Shown one piece after another: positions 17,835 to 25,609 of a stretch of 38,276 nt of DNA. The stretch is from NCBI GenBank assembly GCA_964351645.1, contig CAYGOP010000002.1, positions 1 through 38,276 of the forward strand, in the 5' to 3' direction. The position numbers were made by a program, and so were the translations under genes. The first letter of the stretch is position 1. Every line of letters begins with the position of its first letter. Under the pieces are notes generated by a model. That model did no database searches, was not told where the DNA came from, and was given only the letters and a program-made list of their open reading frames with translations. This DNA comes from an uncultured Candidatus Saccharibacteria bacterium. GTDB taxonomy: Bacteria > Patescibacteriota > Minisyncoccia > Phycocordibacterales > UBA918.

Positions 17835-18737
17835 TTATTCCCGATAGAGTTCCAAAGTCGCTTTTGTGCCAGCGATGTTTCGCGTCCATTCGATACTGTC
17901 TCGCGTTTCAAGTTCGACTGTTACGGCTGGGATACCAATAGAAGCTAACCAACCTTCCGCATCTCCCGTAATTGGGTAAGCGGTAAAAGCTGGAACAGCA
18001 CCGTAGTTTCCAGCTAGTGCATAAGTATTCATGAGCGTGAGTGTGTCGGGAAGTACCCCATTTTCGCATTCCGAAGCATATACATTGTTTGCTTGACTAT
18101 GCCAAAATATAACCGCCTTGGGAGTAATCTCATTTACGTAATCGCGCAACGCAGCTGCTTCAGGCTCTGAAAAAGGAGCCGTTCCAGCACTAACAGTTTT
18201 CCCGCGCCAGCTACTTTCCGGTGCCCATTTACAATCAAAGTTTCGATTGAGGTCGACATTGTTTGCGTTGAAGCGGCCAATTCCTGCAGTATGAATATCA
18301 GTATCTGGAATGTCAGCTGCTGAGAATTCCCCTTCAAGTTTGATGGCGGTGTACAGACCATCTGGATTGAGGTTTGGAATAATATGCACCGTAATATTTT
18401 CTGGAATGAGTTCTGGTTGATTCTTAAATTCATCAATCATCGCGTACGCTAACAAGATACTATTCCACTCGTACCCGCCATGGATTCCGCCGACAAAGAG
18501 CAGGTTCGTATCCCCTGTTCCAAAAGTAAATGATTCGATGGCACGACCCTCAACTGAGGAGCCAATGGTGGTGAGAGTGTTTGTTTCTATTGCCGCTGGT
18601 TCAGTTATAACCTCGGGCTCAATGACTTCTACTTGTTCGGGAGTCGTATTGTTGGTCAGTAGCCATACAGCACCGACAGCAAAAAGCACTACTACCAAGA
18701 GTAGTAGTGCTTTTTGGTTGTGAGTCAGGTTCGACAT
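17835..18737 (-). CDS. Membrane-anchored M14 zinc carboxypeptidase (MpaA-like), catalytic residues intact
   Basis: GGIHGGYE, PNLNPDG, RFNANNVDLNRNF, FSEPE, IFWHS, VELE. N-terminal TM. Confidence 0.88.
   Translation of the reverse strand: MSNLTHNQKALLLLVVVLFAVGAVWLLTNNTTPEQVEVIEPEVITEPAAIETNTLTTIGSSVEGRAIESFTFGTGDTNLLFVGGIHGGYEWNSILLAYAMIDEFKNQPELIPENITVHIIPNLNPDGLYTAIKLEGEFSAADIPDTDIHTAGIGRFNANNVDLNRNFDCKWAPESSWRGKTVSAGTAPFSEPEAAALRDYVNEITPKAVIFWHSQANNVYASECENGVLPDTLTLMNTYALAGNYGAVPAFTAYPITGDAEGWLASIGIPAVTVELETRDSIEWTRNIAGTKATLELYRE
18231..18278. repeat. 48-bp perfect direct repeat, copy 1
   Basis: acaatcaaagtttcgattgaggtcgacattgtttgcgttgaagcggcc, identical to 19136-19183. Confidence 0.92.
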
Positions 18738-19618
18738 TATTTATTTGAGTATTGCTTTAGAACCGCATTCAAACCAGCTTGGTTCTTCACCCGTTCAGTG
18801 TCTTGTCGGTCTGTCAGAAGAACACTAATAGCAGGAATGCCTTGCTTTGCCATCCAGTTCACCATATCCCCCGTGATTGCGTACGCATCAAATTCTGCTT
18901 CAGCTGGATATCCAGCTGCACTGGCGAAGGTAGCCGCGAGTTCGACTGAAGCATTGCTTGGAGTAGTTGCACATGCAGACGGATATACTTTTCCTTCTGA
19001 GGCAAACCAAACAATAGCTGCCTTTACATTATTTCCTTCAACGTAGTCACGTAGTGCCGCTGCTTCAGGTTCTGAGAATGGCTTACTTCCACCACTGACT
19101 GTTTGTTGTCTCCAGACTGCTTCTTCAGACCATTCACAATCAAAGTTTCGATTGAGGTCGACATTGTTTGCGTTGAAGCGGCCGGCTGCTCCTGATTTAG
19201 CACCTCCGTCTGGATTTAAGTTTGGAATGATGGTAAGTGTAATGTCTTCAGGAATGTCTGATTCGTTTGCTTTGTAGTACTGCACGAATTCATTTGCCAA
19301 AGCAGCGGTACTTGGTGCGTCACTTCCGTGCGTTCCTCCGACTAGGAGAATTTCTGTCTCACCATTTCCAAAGTGGTACGCGACTATATCTGTCCCACCC
19401 ACTGACTGCCCAATAGTTACTTCACTCTCTCGTTCGACAACCATCTCATCCAACGGTACAGCTCCGTCGCCAATTCCTCCGTCTGGTTCTACTGGCATTA
19501 TGTCAGTTTCTTCGGTTACCACCACCACAGTGTCTTTTGATTGTTGGGTAATAAAGTAGATTCCTCCTGCGATTAATAAAAGCGCTACGATTGTTAAAAT
19601 AATGTTTTTTGTATTCAT
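18737..19618 (-). CDS. M14 carboxypeptidase paralog with Zn/catalytic residues substituted (likely inactive)
   Basis: GGTHGSDA, PNLNPDG, RFNANNVDLNRNF, IVWFAS, SVLLT. TAATG coupling to the downstream paralog. Confidence 0.82.
   Translation of the reverse strand: MNTKNIILTIVALLLIAGGIYFITQQSKDTVVVVTEETDIMPVEPDGGIGDGAVPLDEMVVERESEVTIGQSVGGTDIVAYHFGNGETEILLVGGTHGSDAPSTAALANEFVQYYKANESDIPEDITLTIIPNLNPDGGAKSGAAGRFNANNVDLNRNFDCEWSEEAVWRQQTVSGGSKPFSEPEAAALRDYVEGNNVKAAIVWFASEGKVYPSACATTPSNASVELAATFASAAGYPAEAEFDAYAITGDMVNWMAKQGIPAISVLLTDRQDTERVKNQAGLNAVLKQYSNK
19136..19183. repeat. 48-bp perfect direct repeat, copy 2
   Basis: Identical to 18231-18278. Confidence 0.92.
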
Positions 19619-19686
19619 ATATGTCTATTATAGGAGAAATCAATCACTCTGGCTAATAAGACTATTTTGAGCGCCCAATTAGTATC

Positions 19687-19695
19687 TGTGGATAA
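19687..19695 (-). promoter_or_regulatory. Perfect DnaA box
   Basis: TGTGGATAA on the plus strand, i.e. TTATCCACA on the minus strand. Confidence 0.65.
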
Positions 19696-19734
19696 CTCAC
19701 TTTTGTATTTTCTGAAAGGGTATATACTCGTAAG

Positions 19735-19851
19735 TGAAGTTAGTTCTTCATCTTTTGTTCTTTCGCAGGAAGTCCTGCACCACCACCCCATATTTCGACC
19801 CATTGGTCACCCTTTATTTTTTTGCACATAAACGGCCCGATGGGTCTTTTT
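19735..19851 (+). ncRNA. Candidate ~115-nt sRNA with a C-rich single-stranded motif
   Basis: TATACT at 19723-19728. Hairpins TGAAG/CTTCA and GCAGG/CCTGC, linker CACCACCACCCC, closing stem GACCCATTGG/CCGATGGGTC followed by TTTTT. Confidence 0.4.
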
Positions 19852-19877
19852 ACGTCTGGACGAATCAAAGGTATGAT
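19849..19877 (+). promoter_or_regulatory. sigma70 promoter for the acidic secreted protein
   Basis: TTTACG-17-TATGAT. Confidence 0.6.
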
Positions 19878-19915
19878 AGAGGAGTTAACTTATTCAGTAG
19901 ACAGTAATTTAAATT

Positions 19916-20806
19916 ATGAAAAAAAGTTTTTTACAAAAAACAATTCTTGCTGGTTCGGCCGTTGCACTAGCAATGACTGCACAGTTTGCGTATGCAGCGT
20001 ACGATGAAGATGATGCACTGGATGCAATCCAGGATGCTGAAGTAGAGATCGAAAAAGCTTTGGACTATCGTGACACTTTGGGTGCAAATGATTTTCGAAA
20101 CGCAATCGATGAGCTCATCGATGACGCAGAGAAATTGCTCGAAGATGCTGAGAATGCTTTCGAGGATGAAGAGTATGTGGACGCGGTTGAGTTAGCAGAA
20201 GAGGCGGAAGATAAGGCAGAAGAGGCTCAAGACTATGAAGATGCTCAGTACGATGACCTGCTTGATGATGCAAAAGATGCTATTGAAGATGCAGAAGATG
20301 AGTACGAAGATGCCAAGGAATTAGTTGATGAATATCGAGGTAGTGATAAGGGTCGACTAGAAGGTTGGCTTATTCGAGCAGAGCGCTATCTTGATGATGC
20401 AAATGATGCCTTTGATGATGCAAAGGAAGCATTCGATGATGAAGAATTTGACGATGCTGAAGACTATGCAAAAGAAGCTGAAGACTACGCTGAACTCGCT
20501 AGTGATACGTTGAGTGAAATCGAAAGCTATATCGAAGATGAAGACGAGTATGAAGATGACGACACATATAAAGATAAGGACAAAGGGCACGGCAATGACG
20601 ATGATGGATGTGATGAGGATAATCCAGGAAAGAGTAAGGAGTGCGATGATGATTCATATGAATACTCAAAGTCTGATGACAAGAAAGAGAATGAGTTTAA
20701 AGACTTTGGAAAGTCTACTGACAGAGAAGAATTGCAAAAACAAATTCAACAATTGCTTGAATTGTTGGTAAAGCTTCTTACACAGCAGATGATGTTGCAA
20801 CGATAA
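19916..20806 (+). CDS. Secreted, highly acidic helical-repeat protein
   Basis: Signal peptide ending AYA, D/E/A-rich repeated helices, GHGNDDDGCDEDNPGKS motif, C-terminal Q/L coiled coil. Confidence 0.8.
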   Translation: MKKSFLQKTILAGSAVALAMTAQFAYAAYDEDDALDAIQDAEVEIEKALDYRDTLGANDFRNAIDELIDDAEKLLEDAENAFEDEEYVDAVELAEEAEDKAEEAQDYEDAQYDDLLDDAKDAIEDAEDEYEDAKELVDEYRGSDKGRLEGWLIRAERYLDDANDAFDDAKEAFDDEEFDDAEDYAKEAEDYAELASDTLSEIESYIEDEDEYEDDDTYKDKDKGHGNDDDGCDEDNPGKSKECDDDSYEYSKSDDKKENEFKDFGKSTDREELQKQIQQLLELLVKLLTQQMMLQR

Positions 20807-20816
20807 GTAGCAATAT

Positions 20817-20848
20817 AAAAAACCGCAGCCTTGGCTGCGGTTTTTTTT
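20817..20848. terminator. Bidirectional terminator
   Basis: AAAAAACCGCAGCC-TT-GGCTGCGGTTTTTTTT. Confidence 0.9.
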
Positions 20849-20852
20849 ATAT

Positions 20853-23294
20853 TTACGTTCCCTGTACATCGAGCTCTTCTGGTGAGAAGTCTGCAGCGGT
20901 TAGTTTTATACTGTCACCCTTCTTTACTTCTCCCGAGATAATTTTCTGAGCAATCTTTTCTTCAATCACATCCTGCAGTACTCTTTGCATCGGCCGGGCA
21001 CCATATTCTGGATTGTATCCCTTCTCCACCAAGATATTGAGCAAGTCAGCTCCGACACTAATTTCATAACCCTTCTCCTTGACTCGTGCATGGAGTCCTC
21101 CCAACATCAGTTCTGCTACTTCCGTCTGCTGTCCAACTGAGAGTGGTTCAAAAATAATAGTGCTATCAAATCGGTTAATAAGCTCTGGTCGATAGATTCC
21201 ATCGCGCACAATGCTATCGATGATTTCTTGTGCGAGGGCTGACAATTCTTTTCGTTGCTGGACTGTGCGCAAGATTAATTTACTGCCAGCGTTTGAGGTA
21301 GCAATGATTATAGTGTTGCGGGCGTTTACTCTGGTGCCTCGACTGTCAGTAAACATTCCTTCATCAAGTACTTGCAAGAAAATGTCATGTACTGGCTGCC
21401 GGGCTTTTTCAAACTCATCGAGCAGAATCACAGAGTAGGGATGTTCGCGAAGCATAGTTGGCAGTATGCCAGCCGTTTCCCCGTCACCAATCAATTTCTC
21501 AAGAGCGTCATCACCACTAAACTCAGACATGTCGATTCGTTGCATCTTCCCCTCCCCGCCAAAGAAAATATTGGCTAAGGCTTTCGCTGTTTCTGTTTTA
21601 CCAACTCCAGTTGGACCGAGGAATAAGAATGAACCGATTGGTTTTTCAGCTGACTGAATACCAGCTCGTGCTCGACGCATGGTTCTTGCGATTGCGCTCA
21701 AAGCCGCTTCCTGTCCGATGACTTGTTGATGAAGTTTGTCTTCAAGGTGTAAGAGCATATCTCGTTCACTGTCTTGAATTGGACCTGCTGGCACCCCAGT
21801 CTTCTCGCTCACAATTTGGTAGACAAAGTCTTCAGTGATAACAGCAGTTTTTCGTTGACTCGCAGCAGATGCTACGTCGACTAATAATTCGATAGCTTTG
21901 TCTGGCATGACTCCCTCTACTATGTATCTGTCAGCGGCAACTGAAATCGCATTCAGTCCTGAATACGTAAACAGTGTTTTGTACTTTGCTTCGTTATTCA
22001 AAGCAATACTCTGTAGTAGCCGAGTGGTTGATTCTAAGCTCGGCTTGTCAATGAGGATTTCTTCAAACCGTCGCGCAAAGGCACCAAGGGTTTCTAGGTG
22101 CGTATGATAGGCTCCCGGAGTATCGGTAGCGATGACATGAATTTGCGGAATCGACAGGTATTGGTCAATGAGTTCAGGAATAAAGACCCCCATACTTTCA
22201 GCTTCTCGAATAAAGGTGCTGAGGTTTTCAATAACAATAATAATGTTCCCCGCTCGGGTTGCTTCATCAAACATTCCTAAAATCGTGAGTTCAAGTTCTT
22301 GCTTATCTTTGTGGGTTGCGAAGAGACGATTTGTATCGAGAACAATCATTTGTTGGCCAGCGATGGCATCGATTGACTTCCCTGTTTGCATCCGCTTCTG
22401 CACTTCCATGACAAGGTCAATTTTTCCTACTCCAGCTTCGCCAATAATGAGTACGTTTGAAGACTGTGCTCGTGCGAGGGATGCTTCAATTTGAATAATC
22501 TTTTCCTGCGCAAATGGAGTGTCTGCACTTAAGGTAGAAAAGACGGCACTGGTTCTAATGTCACGCGAGAATTTGTCGAGTAAATACGCTGTTCCGTATG
22601 CCCATTCACGACCAATACCTTTTGTTTGAGATAAGTTATCTTTACTCCACCATCGAGCTTTGCGCTTTTGTTGATGATTTGTTCCAATCACCCACCGGAG
22701 TGAACCGATAAAGGTCTCTTCTTGAATCCCAGCGTGTTCAAACATTAATTTAAACCCTAAGTCATGTTTCAGCAGGTATTTACCAAGGCCAATCAAACTA
22801 AAGATTTCTTCTTCGGGAAGGATTACCATTTCAGCGGTGATTTGTTGTCGTGCACTGCGGAGGTATTCATCAATAGCAGTTTGAGAAAGACCAGCGCGAA
22901 AGAGCGAGATTGAGCCTAGTAGTGAGGTGCAAAAAGCTTCGGCCACATCATGATGATTTTTTAGGACTACCTCAGCAACATCGTACGTAGCACCTGAAGC
23001 CGGCCGACTATCAATCCCAAGAATTGAATTGAGGCCCCGGAAATAAAAACTATTATGATAAGAAAAAACCAACATTTGCTCTAACCAAAGAGCAAGGGCA
23101 ATACACATTACTCCAAGTAGCGATTGAGTGTAGATACCAGCCAGGAAAAAACTGCTCACCGCGTATCCCGCTCCGGCAAGGGTAAATACAATAAATAAAA
23201 ATGTGCGCACTCCAGATAGGGTATTACGCCCCATTACACTGGTGAGTTTAATAGCTGATTTGTATTGTTTGATGTTGTCTCCAAGAGTGTCCAT
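20853..23294 (-). CDS. Membrane-anchored ClpA/B-like AAA+ ATPase with degenerate NBD1
   Basis: Two N-terminal TM helices. NBD1 GEAGVGKID/IVIEN. NBD2 FLGPTGVGKTE, LLDEFEKA, RPELINRFD, YGARPM. Start MDTLGDN. Confidence 0.88.
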   Translation of the reverse strand: MDTLGDNIKQYKSAIKLTSVMGRNTLSGVRTFLFIVFTLAGAGYAVSSFFLAGIYTQSLLGVMCIALALWLEQMLVFSYHNSFYFRGLNSILGIDSRPASGATYDVAEVVLKNHHDVAEAFCTSLLGSISLFRAGLSQTAIDEYLRSARQQITAEMVILPEEEIFSLIGLGKYLLKHDLGFKLMFEHAGIQEETFIGSLRWVIGTNHQQKRKARWWSKDNLSQTKGIGREWAYGTAYLLDKFSRDIRTSAVFSTLSADTPFAQEKIIQIEASLARAQSSNVLIIGEAGVGKIDLVMEVQKRMQTGKSIDAIAGQQMIVLDTNRLFATHKDKQELELTILGMFDEATRAGNIIIVIENLSTFIREAESMGVFIPELIDQYLSIPQIHVIATDTPGAYHTHLETLGAFARRFEEILIDKPSLESTTRLLQSIALNNEAKYKTLFTYSGLNAISVAADRYIVEGVMPDKAIELLVDVASAASQRKTAVITEDFVYQIVSEKTGVPAGPIQDSERDMLLHLEDKLHQQVIGQEAALSAIARTMRRARAGIQSAEKPIGSFLFLGPTGVGKTETAKALANIFFGGEGKMQRIDMSEFSGDDALEKLIGDGETAGILPTMLREHPYSVILLDEFEKARQPVHDIFLQVLDEGMFTDSRGTRVNARNTIIIATSNAGSKLILRTVQQRKELSALAQEIIDSIVRDGIYRPELINRFDSTIIFEPLSVGQQTEVAELMLGGLHARVKEKGYEISVGADLLNILVEKGYNPEYGARPMQRVLQDVIEEKIAQKIISGEVKKGDSIKLTAADFSPEELDVQGT

Positions 23295-23307
23295 ATAATA
23301 TGTATGA

Positions 23308-23697
23308 TTATGCAACCAAGAGAGTAATACCAAACCCAAGCAAGCTGATAATAACCAGAGGTGCAACTGCCCAAAATACAAAGGTGGCGATACCGCCAAT
23401 CAATACAACGCTCAGGCTCACGAGACCGATAAAGATAACAACCGTCCGCATAATCGCACCTACAATTCGTGACAAGATACCGATAATGATGTAACCAGCC
23501 AGGTCCTCTAAATTCCACTTGTCTCCCCTTCCTTCCGTCATCCGTTTCCAGGGAGAGAACCAAGAAAGCATGAGTTGTGGAAGGGAGAAGAATTTGACGA
23601 CAAACCAAATCAGATTACTCCAGACATGAAACATCTCAACCCAGGCGCGAGTGTAGTGCCAAAGTAAGTAGTGATGCAGCATCGAGAGAAAGAGCAT
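23308..23697 (-). CDS. Small hydrophobic membrane protein, co-oriented partner of the Clp ATPase
   Basis: WHY, FSPWKR and SRIVGAIMR motifs. Ends 13 bp upstream of the Clp start. -10 TATACT lies 9 nt before the ATG. Confidence 0.8.
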   Translation of the reverse strand: MLFLSMLHHYLLWHYTRAWVEMFHVWSNLIWFVVKFFSLPQLMLSWFSPWKRMTEGRGDKWNLEDLAGYIIIGILSRIVGAIMRTVVIFIGLVSLSVVLIGGIATFVFWAVAPLVIISLLGFGITLLVA

Positions 23698-23742
23698 AGT
23701 GACTTTAGTATATCAAGAAAATAAAAAACAATTGTCATGTCC

Positions 23743-23778
23743 GTTGAGTATTGACAGTTGTCCATACTCAACTAGAGT
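23743..23778 (+). promoter_or_regulatory. coaE operon promoter (TTGACA-16-TAGAGT) overlapped by a 30-bp near-perfect palindrome
   Basis: GTTGAGTATTGACAGTTGTCCATACTCAAC (23743-23772) matches its reverse complement at 26 of 30 positions. Confidence 0.7.
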
Positions 23779-23817
23779 GGTGAAAGAGTTGAACTTTCAC
23801 AATAATAGGAGGAGCAA

Positions 23818-24420
23818 ATGCTCACCATTGGTTTAACTGGCGGTATTGCCTGTGGTAAATCTACAGTGCTACAAGCTTTGCGTGCTTACCCATCCATTGA
23901 AATCATTTCAACTGATGATTTGGCAAAAGAAATTCTGTCACGTACCTCAAGCAAAACAACGCTCGTCTCCCTTTTTGGGGAAGAGGTTCTAATGCCATCT
24001 GGAGTAGATTTTGCTCATATAGCAAAGCATATTTTTTCAGAGCCACACGTTCGATTTGCTTTGGAATCTTTTGTTCACCCGCTGGTGTGGCAAGAGGTCG
24101 AAGAGAGAAAGAAAACCTCAACAAAATCTATGCTCATAGTGGAGTCTGCGATTTTGTATGAAGTATCTGCGCAAGACAAGTTTGATTGCGTGGTGGTGGT
24201 TTCGTGCGGTGAGTCAGAACAACGTCGTCGAATGCAGGTAGATAGAAACATGAGTCAACAACAGATTGACGCCCGGCTTTCGACCCAATTTCCTTTGTCA
24301 GACAAGGTGGCTCGCGCTGACTATGTCTTGGACACAGAGTGTGACTTCACTGGGTTACAAAAGCGAACTACGGTTCTTTATGAGCACTTACAACAAGAAT
24401 CAAACAGGAGACAACAATGA
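23818..24420 (+). CDS. coaE: Dephospho-CoA kinase
   Basis: IGLTGGIACGKST, LESFVHPLV, VESAILYE, RLSTQFP, K..RADYV. SD AGGAGG. Confidence 0.92.
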   Translation: MLTIGLTGGIACGKSTVLQALRAYPSIEIISTDDLAKEILSRTSSKTTLVSLFGEEVLMPSGVDFAHIAKHIFSEPHVRFALESFVHPLVWQEVEERKKTSTKSMLIVESAILYEVSAQDKFDCVVVVSCGESEQRRRMQVDRNMSQQQIDARLSTQFPLSDKVARADYVLDTECDFTGLQKRTTVLYEHLQQESNRRQQ

Positions 24421-24902
24421 AACGTGCAGTCTATGCAGGAACGTTTGACCCAGTGACCAATGGTCATCTGTGGGTGATAAAAGAAGCGGCTGGTTTGTTT
24501 GATGAGTTGTTTGTTTCTATCGGAATCAATCCCGACAAGCGAACGATGTTTACCATTGAACAACGGCTTGAGATGTTGCAGGAGTCCTTGCTCGGATGTC
24601 TAAACGTACAGTTCACCTCATTTGAAAACCAGTATTTGGTTGACTACGCCAATGACATTGGTGCGCAATACATGATTCGTGGCATTCGAAATATTCAAGA
24701 TTTCGGCTATGAGCAGGTGTTGCGAAACATCAATGCTGACAAGGCTCCAGAAGTGACTACCTTGTACATGATGCCACCCAGAGAGTTGGGTGAAGTAAGT
24801 TCGAGTATGGTAAAAGGTTTGATTGGGCCAGTTGGTTGGAGAGACCTCGTGGGCAGGTATGTTCCTGCTCCCGTCATGAAAGCATTCTTGGAAAGGAACT
24901 AA
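24417..24902 (+). CDS. coaD: Phosphopantetheine adenylyltransferase
   Basis: AVYAGTFDPVTNGHL, NPDK, IRGIR, DFGYE, VSSSMVK. ATGA overlap with coaE. Confidence 0.95.
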   Translation: MKRAVYAGTFDPVTNGHLWVIKEAAGLFDELFVSIGINPDKRTMFTIEQRLEMLQESLLGCLNVQFTSFENQYLVDYANDIGAQYMIRGIRNIQDFGYEQVLRNINADKAPEVTTLYMMPPRELGEVSSSMVKGLIGPVGWRDLVGRYVPAPVMKAFLERN

Positions 24903-24903
24903 G

Positions 24904-25554
24904 ATGACTACTGCGACTATGATTTCTGCTGAGATGACAATCCGCTGGAAGCGTATCTTTGACGGTACCGTTCCAGATGAGCAAATCATCAAAGCTACAG
25001 GAGAGTTGTTGTGGAAATATCAGCAACCAAATCGACACTATCACACATTGGTTCATGTGAATTCTGTTCATGAGGAACTGCGAAGAGTAGCTGGTGACTT
25101 AGATGATATCGACGGAGTTGCCTTGGCGACGGATGTTCATGATGCTATCCAAGAACCCAAGGTGGGTGGTGATGAAAAAAACAGTCTAAAGTGGATGCAA
25201 ACCACTCTAGAAATGTTTGGCCATGATGATGAACTATTTCCGTCGCTCGCTCCGTGTGTGATGGCTACTGTTCATGCACATGACGGTCCTCCAGATTGCC
25301 GTGATGCTCAGTACTTCGCGGATGCAGATCTGGCTATTCTGGGAAAAGACGGAAATGAGTACAATCGCTATGCCTTGCAAGTGCGTAAAGAATACAGCTG
25401 GGTTCCTGTTTCCTTGTACACCGCTGGGCGAAGTAAACTTCTGCAAGGGTTCTTAGGGAGGAAGCGTTTGTATTGGACAGAGTTCTTTCAAGACAGCTAC
25501 GAAACCACAGCACGTGAAAATATTGCCCACGAAATTGAGTGGTTGAGTAGATGA
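24904..25554 (+). CDS. HD-superfamily metal-dependent phosphohydrolase (RHYH...HD...DADL type)
   Basis: YQQPNRHYHTLVH, VHDAI, EKNS, DADLAILG, VRKEYSWVP, ARENIAHE. Confidence 0.85.
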   Translation: MTTATMISAEMTIRWKRIFDGTVPDEQIIKATGELLWKYQQPNRHYHTLVHVNSVHEELRRVAGDLDDIDGVALATDVHDAIQEPKVGGDEKNSLKWMQTTLEMFGHDDELFPSLAPCVMATVHAHDGPPDCRDAQYFADADLAILGKDGNEYNRYALQVRKEYSWVPVSLYTAGRSKLLQGFLGRKRLYWTEFFQDSYETTARENIAHEIEWLSR

Positions 25555-25562
25555 CACAAAAT

Positions 25563-25596
25563 GCGCGGACCAGTCTCTGGTCCGCGCTTTTCTTTT
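25563..25596. terminator. Bidirectional terminator
   Basis: GCGCGGACCAG-TCT-CTGGTCCGCGC followed by TTTTCTTTT. Confidence 0.85.
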
Positions 25597-25609
25597 ATAG
25601 AGTGTGGGT

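Noticed and set aside
19990-20660. CRISPR or tandem DNA repeat in the GAT/GAA-rich stretch
   Set aside because: It reflects Asp/Glu/Ala codons of the acidic protein. There is no constant repeat-spacer structure.
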